From Calditrichia bacterium (lineage in GTDB: Bacteria; Calditrichota; Calditrichia; RBG-13-44-9): a stretch of DNA of 26,570 nucleotides. Positions 8,859 to 19,178 of the stretch are shown piece after piece. The stretch lies in NCBI GenBank assembly GCA_037381445.1, contig JARRQT010000018.1, forward strand, positions 1-26,570, read 5' to 3'. A program made the translations under genes and the position numbers. Under the pieces are notes generated by a model. The model worked only from the letters and a program-made list of their open reading frames with translations, made no database searches and had not been told where the DNA came from. Numbering within the stretch: position 1 is the stretch's first letter; each line of letters opens with the position of its first letter.

Positions 8859-10646
8859 TTATTCTTCGTACAGCCGGTCAATTTCTTCCCGGAAGCGCTT
8901 TTCTATGACATTCCTCTTTATTTTGAGGCTAGGTGTCAGCTCGCCGTTTTCTACAGTCAGCGGTTCCGGCAGAATAATAATTTTTTTGACTTTTTCGAAG
9001 CGGGCAAAATCTTCCTGATGCTTTTCAACCTCCGCAATCATCATCTGCACCACTTCACTTTTTTTCACCAAATCCCTGTTGCCATCAACCGGAATTCCGT
9101 GTTCGACAGTCCACTTCTTCAAATTCTCATAGCTGGGGATGATGATTCCGCTGACAAATTTTCGGCCGTCCCCTACCAGGCAGACATCATCGATGTATTT
9201 GCTCAGTTTCAGCGCGTTTTCGATAGGCGCCGGTGCAACATTCTTTCCGCCGGCGGTCACCAGAATATTCTTTTTCCGGTCTGTAATGAAAAGGTAATTA
9301 TCCTCATCCAGCTGCCCAATGTCGCCGGTATGGAACCATCCCTCTTCGTCGATGACTTCGGCTGTCAGATCCGGCTGCTGATAATAACCGGCCATCACGG
9401 TCTGGCCCCGGACAAGAATTTCACCATCGGCAGCGACTTTGATCTCTACCTCCGGAATCGGTTTGCCGCAGGAGCCGTATTTTGTGCTTTCCGGCGGGGT
9501 GAGCGTTATGATCAGGTGCGTTTCTGTCATCCCGTAGCCTTCAACAATCTGAAGGCCGATGGCTTCGAAAAATTTCAGCGTTTCGGTGGGAAGCGGAGCT
9601 CCCCCGCTGATGGGAAACCGGAACCGCCCGCCGAGTTTCTGTTTGATTTTGCCGAAAACGACCTTATCCGCCAGGCGGTATTTCAGCGAAACCAGGGCTT
9701 CGGATTGCTGACTGAATTTCAGCTCGTGGTACCGCCTGCCGGTTTTCAACGCCCAGTAAAAAAGTTTCTTCTTGAGACTGGAGCCGGCTTCCACCTGTTC
9801 GATGACAGCGGAGCTTATTTTTTCATAAAGCCGCGGCACGCTCACCATCACGGTGGGCCGGACCTTCTGAATATCTTCCACCACGGTGTTGATATCCTCC
9901 GCGTAGCCGATGGTAGCACCGCGGTACAGCGGGCACCAATGTCCCCCTAGGCGTTCATACAGATGGCTCAAAGGCAGAAAGGAAAGGAAAACGTCTTCGG
10001 GATAAAGGCCGAAAACCGCTTCACTGTTGACAACATCCAGTACAAATCCCCGGTGGTTTAGCATGACGCCCTTGGGCAGGCCGGTGGTTCCCGAAGTATA
10101 TACGATGCTGCACACTTCCTTCGGTTCAATGGAATCGATGCTGTTTTGATAAAATTCGGGATTTTGTACGCGATGTTGCTTCCCCCTCGTCAGCAAATCA
10201 TCAAACGAAATTACCTGCTCCCCTTCTGACTCAATTTCAGTGAACGGGATTATATATTCCAGACTACTCACCTTCTCGTGAATTTGCGTGATTTTATCAT
10301 ATTGCAGTTTGTCTTCCACAAAAATGGCGCGGACCCCCGCATCCTGCAGGATATAAGCAATCTGATTCGGAGGCAGGGTATGATAAATGGGCACTACGAT
10401 ACCGTGCATCGAAAAGATGGCGAAGTCGCACATGGGCCATTCGGGGCGGTTGTAAGAGAGGATGGCAATTCGATCCCCGTCCTTTAGACCCAGCGAAACC
10501 AGGCCGTGGGTCAGATCTTCAATCTTTTCCCCCATCTCACGGTAAGTGATGCCCTGATAATCCCCGTTCTCCTTGAAGAGCAGCGCATTTTTTTCCGAGA
10601 AATTCCGGATGCTGTTCTGTAAAATATGTACCACGGTTTTAAACAT
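8859..10646 (-). CDS. Long-chain fatty acid-CoA ligase (AMP-dependent synthetase)
   Basis: YTSGTTGLPKG AMP motif, LPLSHLYER, SGGAPL, EGYGMTE, WFHTGDIG, DRKKN..GGKNVAP and ELTPSLKIKR. Start at ATG 10646, 6 nt after AGGAGG. Confidence 0.95.
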   Translation of the reverse strand: MFKTVVHILQNSIRNFSEKNALLFKENGDYQGITYREMGEKIEDLTHGLVSLGLKDGDRIAILSYNRPEWPMCDFAIFSMHGIVVPIYHTLPPNQIAYILQDAGVRAIFVEDKLQYDKITQIHEKVSSLEYIIPFTEIESEGEQVISFDDLLTRGKQHRVQNPEFYQNSIDSIEPKEVCSIVYTSGTTGLPKGVMLNHRGFVLDVVNSEAVFGLYPEDVFLSFLPLSHLYERLGGHWCPLYRGATIGYAEDINTVVEDIQKVRPTVMVSVPRLYEKISSAVIEQVEAGSSLKKKLFYWALKTGRRYHELKFSQQSEALVSLKYRLADKVVFGKIKQKLGGRFRFPISGGAPLPTETLKFFEAIGLQIVEGYGMTETHLIITLTPPESTKYGSCGKPIPEVEIKVAADGEILVRGQTVMAGYYQQPDLTAEVIDEEGWFHTGDIGQLDEDNYLFITDRKKNILVTAGGKNVAPAPIENALKLSKYIDDVCLVGDGRKFVSGIIIPSYENLKKWTVEHGIPVDGNRDLVKKSEVVQMMIAEVEKHQEDFARFEKVKKIIILPEPLTVENGELTPSLKIKRNVIEKRFREEIDRLYEE

Positions 10647-10931
10647 TCCATGCCTCCTTGAAATAGAATAATGGAGGAATTTAATCGGAATAGCCTTCCA
10701 ATCCAAAAAGATATAGAAAATCAGGAAATTTGTCTCGATCACTTTCAGGAGTTGCAGATATCCGGTAGTCTTATTCTAAGATGGTCTCCGGATATGGCTG
10801 ATTTCATTTTTCAGAGAACAATTTTTTATCTAATTCATAAAATTGGAGAAAAAAATATAATTTGGAATTGCATGATATTTTTATTAAAATCCACAGCTTT
10901 ATAAGAAATTAGCAAAACTTGGAGGAACAAA

Positions 10932-11231
10932 ATGCCAGCAGAAACCCAGGATTTGAATAAATTTTTGGAAAATACGGAAAATCTATATGAAGCGGCCATG
11001 GTAATCGCCAAACGATCCCGTCAGATTAATGAAGAACTATTTCAGAAAAAACGGGACCGCCAGATTCTGGAAGAATTGGAAGGCGAATTTGAGGAAGAAT
11101 TCCTGCACACGGAGGAAGAAAAAATAGAAATAGAAGAGCCGGTTGAGGCGGAAGAAAATCCGATGGTCACCGCGCAGCGGGAGTTCCTGAATCTGAAACT
11201 GGACTTTCACTACGAACCGGTGAAACGATAA
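10932..11231 (+). CDS. rpoZ: DNA-directed RNA polymerase subunit omega (FCB-type)
   Basis: NLYEAAMVIAKRSRQIN and C-terminal P...A..EF...KL motifs with an acidic insert; GGAGG RBS at 10921. Confidence 0.85.
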   Translation: MPAETQDLNKFLENTENLYEAAMVIAKRSRQINEELFQKKRDRQILEELEGEFEEEFLHTEEEKIEIEEPVEAEENPMVTAQREFLNLKLDFHYEPVKR

Positions 11232-11237
11232 AAATTG

Positions 11238-11262
11238 AAACCCTGCTCCGGCAGGGTTTTTT
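11238..11262 (+). terminator. Rho-independent terminator after rpoZ
   Basis: AAACCCTGC-TCCG-GCAGGGTTTTTT. Confidence 0.9.
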
Positions 11263-11819
11263 ATTGGTATAGTAATTTGATGACTCCTTCCTGTTCATCT
11301 GCCTTTTTTTAAAATTTCATTCATCCCGCGCAGTCCCCGGAAGGGCTACGTGAAAAACATATTTATTACTTGGGAACCTTATCTCATGATCTTATATTAT
11401 TTAAGTAGTGTTGTTAATAAAATTTGTAAAAACAATGATTGGCTATTGTGACAATAAAAGAGTAGATTTTGCTTTTCCCAAAACAGTTGTTTTCCCGGGA
11501 AGCTCTTCCCTTTTTAAACTTTTAGAAAAATCCTCGTCTCAACCCATTGGAAAACTGACCGGCCTCGCAAAAAGTATCAGAAAATTTTGCCGGTCCGTTA
11601 AATCCGTATTTATCTGTTTTTGGGCATTCATCCCGCTTTAATATTTATCATTATTATCCGATGATGGCCGGCCGCTGGCTAAAATATAAACTGGGTTCGG
11701 TATCATCACCGATTGGCTTTTCTTCGACAGCCTCTCTATCAGAATTAATATCTCCTGAAGGACGGACCATCGTTTTAGAAGTGACTAATCGGAAAAAAAC
11801 TGTAAAGGAGTAAAATCAA

Positions 11820-13127
11820 ATGATTTATAATAAAAGACAGCAGCAAATTGCCGAGAAAATCAGCTCGGATGCTATCGACGCCAACTGGAAGGACTGGAAA
11901 TGGCAGATACGGCACAGCATCCGCAATATTGACACATTCGAAAAACTTGCCGGGATCAAGTTCAGCAAAGAGAAAAGGGAAATGCTGGATGAGACGGTAG
12001 AAAAGTTTCCGCTGTCCATTACGCCCTATTACCTTTCGCTGATTGACCGCGAAAACTATCAGAACGATCCTATTTTCAAACAAGCCTTTCCGCAGCCTGC
12101 AGAGATTATGATCCAGAAGCATGATATGAAAGATCCGCTGGCTGAAGACCGGGACAGTCCGGTGCCTGGAATCACACACCGCTATCCGGACCGGGTTCTG
12201 TTTCATATCAGCAATGTCTGCTCCATGTATTGCCGCCATTGCACCCGCAAGCGGAAAGTGGGCGATCACGATCATATTCCCGGCAAAAAGGATACGCTGA
12301 AGGGTATCGAATATATCAAAAACACACCCGCAGTACGGGATGTTCTGCTATCTGGCGGGGATCCGTTTATGCTGTCCGACGGTTATCTGGATTGGATACT
12401 CACCGAATTGCGCAAAATTCCCCATGTGGAAGTCATCCGCATCGGGACCCGGATGCCGGTGGTGCTTCCCTACCGGATCACCGATGATCTGATAAATGTA
12501 TTAAAAAAACATCACCCGCTTTGGATAAATACCCATTTCAATCACCCGCGGGAAATTACAACTTCTTCGCGGCAGGCGCTCCGTAAACTGGCGGATGCCG
12601 GAATTCCGCTGGGAAACCAGTCTGTCCTGCTGGCTGGCGTAAACGATTGTCCGCGCATCATGAAAAGCCTGGTGCATAAGCTCGTGCAGAACAGGGTCCG
12701 GCCCTACTATCTGTACCAGTGCGATCTGTCAGAAGGGCTTTCCCATTTCAGAACACCGGTAGGCAAAGGGATTGAGATTATCGAAAGCCTGATTGGTCAT
12801 ACCAGCGGATATGCCGTACCAACCTATGTTATTGATGCGCCCGGTGGCGGCGGCAAAATCCCGGTAATGCCCAATTATCTGATCAGCTGGTCGACAAATA
12901 AAGTAGTGCTGCGAAATTACGAGGGCGTAATTACTACCTATAAGGAGCCTGATTCATATGAGCCGGTATTCTGTGACCGGGATTGCGATAACTGCAAACT
13001 CTACCTGAAGCTCGAAGGCGCAGAAGAAGATAAGGCGGTGGGAATCGCACAGTTAATGTCCGATTATGACAAAACCTATTCGCTGATACCGAAGGACAAT
13101 GATCGTTTCAGCCGTAGAAAAAATTAG
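11820..13127 (+). CDS. ablA: Lysine 2,3-aminomutase (radical SAM/PLP), AblA type
   Basis: [39 protein letters not shown]; lysine-binding Asp residues in YYLYQCD and [11 protein letters not shown] (PLP Lys); C-terminal [17 protein letters not shown]; ablB two genes downstream. Confidence 0.96.
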   Translation: MIYNKRQQQIAEKISSDAIDANWKDWKWQIRHSIRNIDTFEKLAGIKFSKEKREMLDETVEKFPLSITPYYLSLIDRENYQNDPIFKQAFPQPAEIMIQKHDMKDPLAEDRDSPVPGITHRYPDRVLFHISNVCSMYCRHCTRKRKVGDHDHIPGKKDTLKGIEYIKNTPAVRDVLLSGGDPFMLSDGYLDWILTELRKIPHVEVIRIGTRMPVVLPYRITDDLINVLKKHHPLWINTHFNHPREITTSSRQALRKLADAGIPLGNQSVLLAGVNDCPRIMKSLVHKLVQNRVRPYYLYQCDLSEGLSHFRTPVGKGIEIIESLIGHTSGYAVPTYVIDAPGGGGKIPVMPNYLISWSTNKVVLRNYEGVITTYKEPDSYEPVFCDRDCDNCKLYLKLEGAEEDKAVGIAQLMSDYDKTYSLIPKDNDRFSRRKN

Positions 13128-13136
13128 GGCGGCCCG

Positions 13137-14573
13137 ATGCATTGGATAGATTATATCATATTTGCGGTTTATATGCTGGGCGTAATGGGCATCGGCTATT
13201 ACTTCTTCCGGAAGAACAAGAATGCGGAGGATTATTATGTCGGCAGCCGCTCCATTTCAGCGCATCATGTCGGCCTGTCGATTGTTGCCACCGATGTGGG
13301 TGGTGGCTTTTCCATCGGGCTGGGCGGATTGGGGTTCACCATGGGCCTGGCGGGAAGCTGGCTCCTTTTCACCGGGCTGATCGGCGCCTGGCTTTCTGCG
13401 GTTTTCGTGATTCCCCGCATCAAAGCCATCGATGCGAAACACGGCCTGATGACCTACCCGGATTTTCTGCGCTTCCGCTACAGCGGAAAAGTGGCCATTG
13501 TGGCTTCGGTAATTTCCGGAATAGGTTATCTGGGATTTACCGGCGCGCAGGTACTGGCAGGTGCCAAGCTCGCTTCCGCAACGTTGATTGATAAGGCGCC
13601 TTTCGGTATGGATCCGCTTCAGTTCGCATTGTTCACCATCGCCGCGGTGATTATCAGCTACACGGTCCTGGGGGGATTGAAGGCCGTAATTTACACCGAC
13701 ACCGTACAGTGGATCATCCTGTTGTTCGGGCTTATCTGCCTGGCCATTCCCCTGGCGGTGATTCGGATTGGGGGATTTTCGGTTTTAACCGCATCGCTGC
13801 CCCCCGAGTTTTTCAGCCTGTCGAATATCCAGACATCCACCGTTATTAACTGGATGGTTACCATAATTCCCATCTGGCTGGTGGCCATGACGCTATACCA
13901 GCGGATGTATGCCTGCAAAGATACAAAAGATGCAAAAAAAGCCTGGTATATTGCTGGGGTATTTGAATATCCGGTGATGGCGTTTATGGGCGTTTTTCTG
14001 GGACTGTGTGCGCGGGTGCTTTTTCCGGCTGTGGAACCGGAAATGGGATTGCCTACGCTCATCAGGGAAATTCTTCCCATGGGGGTTACCGGAATTGTGG
14101 TGGCATCGTATTTCTCCGCCATCATGTCCACTGCAGACAGTTGTCTGATGGCCTCCTCGGGCAATTTCGTGAATGACATCATCCAGCCCTATTTCCTGAA
14201 ACATGCTTCCGAAAAGAAAATTATCAAGCTCTCCCAGGTGGTGACATTCATTATCGGCGCCCTGGCGATTATTATCGCCTCCTCTTTCGGGACCGTTCTG
14301 AATGCCATTTTGTATGCCTATGGATTCATGGTGTCGGGTTTGTTTATCCCCACCCTGGGAGCGTATTTTTGGAAGAGATCGACCGACACTGCTGCCCTGT
14401 GGGGCATGCTGGCGGGCGGAGTCACAACTTTAACTTTACAAATTTTCGGAGTGCCCCTGCCTTGGGGACTTGATGCAGCATTCTACGGAATCCTTGTTTC
14501 CGGGCTGTTCTTTTTCACCATTTCCTGGGTGGCGTCACCGGAAACAGAACTTGAATTGGAATGGAGGGAATAA
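13137..14573 (+). CDS. Sodium:solute symporter (SSS/SLC5) family protein
   Basis: About 13 transmembrane segments; [22 protein letters not shown] and SAIMSTADS. Its stop overlaps the ablB start (TAATG). Confidence 0.93.
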   Translation: MHWIDYIIFAVYMLGVMGIGYYFFRKNKNAEDYYVGSRSISAHHVGLSIVATDVGGGFSIGLGGLGFTMGLAGSWLLFTGLIGAWLSAVFVIPRIKAIDAKHGLMTYPDFLRFRYSGKVAIVASVISGIGYLGFTGAQVLAGAKLASATLIDKAPFGMDPLQFALFTIAAVIISYTVLGGLKAVIYTDTVQWIILLFGLICLAIPLAVIRIGGFSVLTASLPPEFFSLSNIQTSTVINWMVTIIPIWLVAMTLYQRMYACKDTKDAKKAWYIAGVFEYPVMAFMGVFLGLCARVLFPAVEPEMGLPTLIREILPMGVTGIVVASYFSAIMSTADSCLMASSGNFVNDIIQPYFLKHASEKKIIKLSQVVTFIIGALAIIIASSFGTVLNAILYAYGFMVSGLFIPTLGAYFWKRSTDTAALWGMLAGGVTTLTLQIFGVPLPWGLDAAFYGILVSGLFFFTISWVASPETELELEWRE

Positions 14574-15406
14574 TGTTTGATCATATTGAAAAAATCGGAA
14601 AATCCGTCATTCAGCACGGAAAATACAATGACCGTATTTACCTGATGAAACTTGCCCGGGATGAATTCCCGGAAATCCTCGATGAACTGGAGAATAAAGC
14701 CGATTCGGCAAATTATTCAAAGATTTTCGCGAAAATCCCCCGTTACGCCAAAGATGAATTTCTGGAAAACGGATACCGGAAGGAAGCCTTCATCCCCAAG
14801 TTTTATCGGGGCGAACGGGATGCCTATTTTGTTTCCAAATATCTTTCCGAACAACGCTCGGAAACGAAAAACAGGGAGACCATCAAAAAAATTCTGGATG
14901 TGGCGGAGTCAAAGGCGGGCGATGAACCGGATGTGAATCTGGAAAATTCGTTCAAATACCGGATCTGCCGGAAAACGGATACCGGGGAAATGGCGGAAGT
15001 TTACCGGAAAGTTTTCGAGACTTACCCGTTTCCCATTCATGATTCCGCTTACCTGGCCGGGACAATGGATGAAAACATTGTCTATTTCGGAATATGGCAT
15101 AATAATAAGATCGTGGCGCTCTCCTCTTCCGAAATGGATGTCAAATCCGGCAATGTGGAAATGACCGATTTTGCCACCTTGCCAGATTACCGGGGGAACG
15201 GCTTTGCTGTTTACCTGTTGGAAAAAATGGAAAAGGAAATGCGGAAGCGGGGAATAAAAACCGCCTACACTATTGCCCGGGCGCTTTCTTTCGGCATGAA
15301 TATCACCTTTGCAAAGATGGGCTACACGTTCAGCGGAACACTAATCAACAATACAAACATATCGGGAAAACTTGAGAGCATGAACGTATGGTATAAATTT
15401 CTGTAA
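14573..15406 (+). CDS. ablB: Beta-lysine N-epsilon-acetyltransferase (GNAT), AblB/YodP type
   Basis: QHGKYNDRIYLMKL, YSKIFAKIP, VFETYPFPIHD, VEMTDFATLPDYRG, YTIARA.SFGMN and GTL.NNTNISG.LESMNVWYK; located in an operon with ablA. Confidence 0.93.
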   Translation: MFDHIEKIGKSVIQHGKYNDRIYLMKLARDEFPEILDELENKADSANYSKIFAKIPRYAKDEFLENGYRKEAFIPKFYRGERDAYFVSKYLSEQRSETKNRETIKKILDVAESKAGDEPDVNLENSFKYRICRKTDTGEMAEVYRKVFETYPFPIHDSAYLAGTMDENIVYFGIWHNNKIVALSSSEMDVKSGNVEMTDFATLPDYRGNGFAVYLLEKMEKEMRKRGIKTAYTIARALSFGMNITFAKMGYTFSGTLINNTNISGKLESMNVWYKFL

Positions 15407-15482
15407 AGAAATTTAAGGTTGTTTTTTTGAAAGAAACAAAATCCGCTGAAGCCGGTTGGTTTTATTTGATTCCGGAGGATTC

Positions 15483-15507
15483 AGGGCACATATTGAAATG
15501 CCCTTTT
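15483..15507 (+). terminator. Possible terminator after the abl operon
   Basis: AGGGCA-catattgaaa-TGCCCT followed by TTT; the stem is short. Confidence 0.4.
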
Positions 15508-15565
15508 AACTTGAGGGAAAAAACATCACGAAACCGGAAAATAAAGGAGAGAGGTAAGAATACTC

Positions 15566-16162
15566 GTGGCGGATATGATTTCATTTTTGGTGCTGCTGAA
15601 TCCGTTTGCCCTGTTTATTTATCTGAACCCGGTAATGAATGATCTAACTCAGCGGGATTTTTTTGAAGTATTGGGAAAGGCCACCCTGATCTCCTTGGTC
15701 ATTTTCCTGCTCTTTTCCGAATTCGGCACCCTGATCTTCAAATTTCTGGAAATAAATTTTGAATCTTTCCGCATATTCGGCGGCATTGTCATATTCACCA
15801 TGGCGCTGATTTTTATCATTCAGGGAAAGAAATCTCTTATCACCCTGCGGGGCAGCCTGGATGAACTGGCCTCTGAAATCGCCCTCCCTTTCATGGTGGG
15901 GGCCGGCACCATATCGATCAGCATTATCATAGGGGAGAGGTTCTCATCCGTCCAGTCAATTCTGATAATCATTAGCTCAATGGTCATCAATTATATAATC
16001 ATCGCGATTCTGGTTTACATCAAATACAGTCTGTCTTCCGTCCGAGTTAAAATTGCATTCGACAAATTAATGGTTTATCTGTTGCGGGTGAATGGCTTTT
16101 TTATCGGCGCCATCGGCATCAGCATGACCATCAGCGGCATTCGAAATCTCTTTTTCAAATAG
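15566..16162 (+). CDS. MarC family integral membrane protein
   Basis: LLNPF, FRIFGGIV and IALPFMVGAGTIS; about 6 transmembrane helices; GTG start. Confidence 0.9.
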   Translation: MADMISFLVLLNPFALFIYLNPVMNDLTQRDFFEVLGKATLISLVIFLLFSEFGTLIFKFLEINFESFRIFGGIVIFTMALIFIIQGKKSLITLRGSLDELASEIALPFMVGAGTISISIIIGERFSSVQSILIIISSMVINYIIIAILVYIKYSLSSVRVKIAFDKLMVYLLRVNGFFIGAIGISMTISGIRNLFFK

Positions 16163-16233
16163 CGCTCCCTCAAAATTCATTATGATCGCCAAATTATTGG
16201 CTGTATGTTGCAGGGAACACAGGAGAAAGAGAT

Positions 16234-17838
16234 ATGGGCTGGCCCTTCCATTTTATCGATCTGATTATTTACAATGCCCGGCTGTATGATCCGCTGACCG
16301 GACCGTTGTCCGATACGGCGCTGGCCGCGGGCGCCAAAACTATTCTGGCCATGGGCGCGGATCAGGATATTCTGGGCCTTCGGCAGCCGCATACGATTTC
16401 CATAGATGCAGAAGGGAAGTGGCTGCTGCCCGCTTTTCTGGATTCCCATACTCACTTCCTGGGATATGTGAAACGGCAAAAGGAAGTGAATCTGTTCGAT
16501 TGCCGTTCCCTGCCCGAAGCGCTGGAGCGGATCAGAAAAAGCGCGGATGAAACGCCCGAGGGGGAATGGATCACTGGCGGCGGCTGGAACCGCAATAACT
16601 GGGGGGATCAGGAGTACCCTAACCGCAGGCAGTTGGACGAGATCAGCACCCGCCATTTCATCGCTCTGGAGAGCAAGGATTGGCATACCCTGTGGGTGAA
16701 CACGCCGGTTTTGGAGCTGGCCGGCATTTCCGTCAGCCATCCCTACCCCAACGCCAAACATTTCGCGGTCGATTCCGCTACAGGTGAATTTACCGGCGTA
16801 TTGGAGGAAGATACCCGGCTGGCGGTGCTGAATCTCATTCCTCCGCTGAACTATGCCCGGCTGCGGGAATCCTATTTGAGAGTGGTCAGCGAGTTTCACC
16901 GGCTGGGATTCTCGGGAACCCACACCGTGGAAACGCCTGCTGAATTTTCTGTTTATCAGGAGGCGGAAAGAGAGGGTGAATTAGGCCTGCGCTTTTTCTG
17001 GTATCTTCCCATAAAACAGATGGGGGCTGCCCGTGAAATCGCGATCCAGCATGGGCTGGGGAGTGATTTTTTGAAGATCTGCGGCGTGAAAATTTTTGTG
17101 GACGGCGCATTTGGATCGCAGACGGCCGAGCTGCTGGAAGATTATCTGGAACTGGGGCATGCCGGCGTGGAACTGCTCAGTGAAGAAGCACTGGACAACG
17201 ATGTCTCCCGGGCGGTGGAAGCCGATCTGGCCTGTGCCATCCATGCCATCGGGGACCGGGCGATTCGGAAGTCCCTCCGGGTGCTGGGTAAATATCATCA
17301 GCCAAGCAAAAAGTCCGGACTCCGCCACCGCATAGAACATGCCCAGCTTATTCATCCGGACGATATCCCGCTTTTCCAAAAATATGATGTATATGCCAGT
17401 GTTCAGCCTGTTCATCTGGCCGCGGATATTCCCATTATCCAACGGTATCTCGGTGAAAGGGGGCGATATGCCTACCCTTATGGAAGTTTGAAAAGAAGCG
17501 GCGCTAAATTGATATTCGGTTCGGACGCTCCGGTGGAGCATTTTAATCCCTGGCGTGCGATTTATACGGCCATGGAGCGGCGTCAGGATCTGGATCCGCA
17601 AAATTCGGTTTTTTACCCGGAACAACAACTGGATATGACCATCTGTTTGCAGGGTTACACCTGCCTCAGTGCGGAAGCGGCAGAGATGGAAAAAGAGCTC
17701 GGATGCCTTGCGCCCGGCTACTTGGCGGATTTTTTTATACCCGACAGGGATATTTTTCAGATTTCGCTGCCCGAACTCAGGGAAACCGTCTCCCGGCTGA
17801 CGGTGGTTGACGGTAAAATAGTTTACCGGGATATGTAA
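16234..17838 (+). CDS. Metal-dependent amidohydrolase, YtcJ-like (Amidohydro_3)
   Basis: LPAFLDSHTH, WITGGGW, GVKIFVDG, AIHAIGDRA, RHRIEHAQ, FGSDAP and PGYLADF. Confidence 0.92.
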   Translation: MGWPFHFIDLIIYNARLYDPLTGPLSDTALAAGAKTILAMGADQDILGLRQPHTISIDAEGKWLLPAFLDSHTHFLGYVKRQKEVNLFDCRSLPEALERIRKSADETPEGEWITGGGWNRNNWGDQEYPNRRQLDEISTRHFIALESKDWHTLWVNTPVLELAGISVSHPYPNAKHFAVDSATGEFTGVLEEDTRLAVLNLIPPLNYARLRESYLRVVSEFHRLGFSGTHTVETPAEFSVYQEAEREGELGLRFFWYLPIKQMGAAREIAIQHGLGSDFLKICGVKIFVDGAFGSQTAELLEDYLELGHAGVELLSEEALDNDVSRAVEADLACAIHAIGDRAIRKSLRVLGKYHQPSKKSGLRHRIEHAQLIHPDDIPLFQKYDVYASVQPVHLAADIPIIQRYLGERGRYAYPYGSLKRSGAKLIFGSDAPVEHFNPWRAIYTAMERRQDLDPQNSVFYPEQQLDMTICLQGYTCLSAEAAEMEKELGCLAPGYLADFFIPDRDIFQISLPELRETVSRLTVVDGKIVYRDM

Positions 17839-17892
17839 TTCCGGAACTAAAGGGCATACTTTTCCCGCTACGTCCTGCCGAATCATATTCTG

Positions 17893-17929
17893 AAAAAGCC
17901 CCCGTACTCAATTGATTGAACCCGGGGGC
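17893..17929 (-). terminator. Terminator hairpin between convergent genes
   Basis: GCCCCCG...CGGGGGC stem with an AAAAA run on the left, giving a U-tract on the minus strand. Confidence 0.7.
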
Positions 17930-17951
17930 AATATTCACATAAGGAAAAGTG

Positions 17952-19178
17952 TTAACGTAAAGTCCAGACAGGAAATTGGGGTATCTGGAGCCGGGCGGCT
18001 ACGCCCGCATGATCCGATGGCCACAATCCCGAAGGCGTCCGGTCGCGGAGCTCATCGCCCACCACCACGGAAATAACCGGTCCTATAAATTGCCCTCCGC
18101 CGAAAAGGGACTTTTTCCGCACATAGACAATGTCAATTCTCTCACTCAGGGTAATTTCCGGATTGCGCAAATCGGGAGTGAAGCAGCAGGTGTAGCCGTT
18201 CGGATTGTATTTCAATAAATTATGCGTCCAGGTGTCTATAAATCCCTGGGACTCGAAAAACTGGTAGGTTGCCCCGGTGGGCGCGGGCGAATTGAAATCA
18301 CCCAGCATAACAATTGGCAGCTTTTCTTCCGCTAATGAGGCAGCCAGTTCCCCGGCCTGTGCCAGTTGAATCTGGAGAATGAGCTCATTGGGTGCAGGCT
18401 CCAGATGGGTGGTCACAAAACGGTATTTTTTCCCGCCTGTCCTCGCGTCCACGGCCACAAAGCCCCGGGGAATTTGAATCCCTACCTCAGGAACAATCAG
18501 CCGTGCCTGGTAATTTTCGGCCATTACATTGGAAATATCCACATCCTCCCGCGCCAGCACCACATCATGATCCGTGAGTCGGACATCATCGAAGGCCGGC
18601 GGAGTCCTCGAAACCAGCATGGGAAGTTCCACATCCGCATTTTGAATTATTCCGGCGACTTTGTAATGAAGTCCGTAATTCTCAAGGGCCGCCATCAGGA
18701 TATCAAGATAATTATACAGGACTTTTTCCGCCGGCACCGTCCCGCCGAGAATGGCGTCGCCGGGAGACTGAATCCGGATAGTCGCGACTTCCTGCAGGCC
18801 GATCAGGTGAGGACGGGTCTTATAGATCTCCCGCGCAATTGCCTTGGCGCGCGCCGGGAAATCGGTGGAAAGCAGCATTTGATATGCTTCCGCAACCAGC
18901 ACCGGAATGTCCGCGGGATTTGGTGCTCCCAGCACCACATCCACATCAAAACCGAGATAAATATTGCGGGTCATGACGCGGAGCGCCCCGCCGATTTCAG
19001 GGAAGCTGAACGTCTCGCTGGTCTGGTCAAAATACTGCATTTCTCCCGGTTGGGCCGCAATTTTCTGCCCGCTCATATCCCCCGTTTCAGGCGCGACAAT
19101 TTCCTGGTTCCCGCAACCGGTCAGAAGAATAAAAATTCCCAGAAACAGTGTAATAATAAATTTATGACGCATAAACAC
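17952..19178 (-). CDS. Endonuclease/exonuclease/phosphatase (EEP) family lipoprotein
   Basis: Lipobox LLTG-C; RVMTRN, IGLQEV, TTHLE, LGDFNS, RIDIV and PSDHAGV catalytic motifs. The start may be ATG 19172. Confidence 0.9.
   Translation of the reverse strand: MFMRHKFIITLFLGIFILLTGCGNQEIVAPETGDMSGQKIAAQPGEMQYFDQTSETFSFPEIGGALRVMTRNIYLGFDVDVVLGAPNPADIPVLVAEAYQMLLSTDFPARAKAIAREIYKTRPHLIGLQEVATIRIQSPGDAILGGTVPAEKVLYNYLDILMAALENYGLHYKVAGIIQNADVELPMLVSRTPPAFDDVRLTDHDVVLAREDVDISNVMAENYQARLIVPEVGIQIPRGFVAVDARTGGKKYRFVTTHLEPAPNELILQIQLAQAGELAASLAEEKLPIVMLGDFNSPAPTGATYQFFESQGFIDTWTHNLLKYNPNGYTCCFTPDLRNPEITLSERIDIVYVRKKSLFGGGQFIGPVISVVVGDELRDRTPSGLWPSDHAGVAARLQIPQFPVWTLR

Noticed and set aside
8727..9950. 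407-aa plus-strand ORF
   Set aside because: Antisense shadow of the well-supported acyl-CoA ligase, with no motifs of its own.
11408..11641. 77-aa ORF upstream of ablA
   Set aside because: No RBS, no recognisable domain, and lies in AT-rich promoter-like sequence.
15440..15510. CCGCTGAA motif suggesting a c-di-AMP (ydaO) riboswitch before marC
   Set aside because: The remaining conserved elements (GGGGGAACC and a second GGGGUGAAUC-like motif) are absent.
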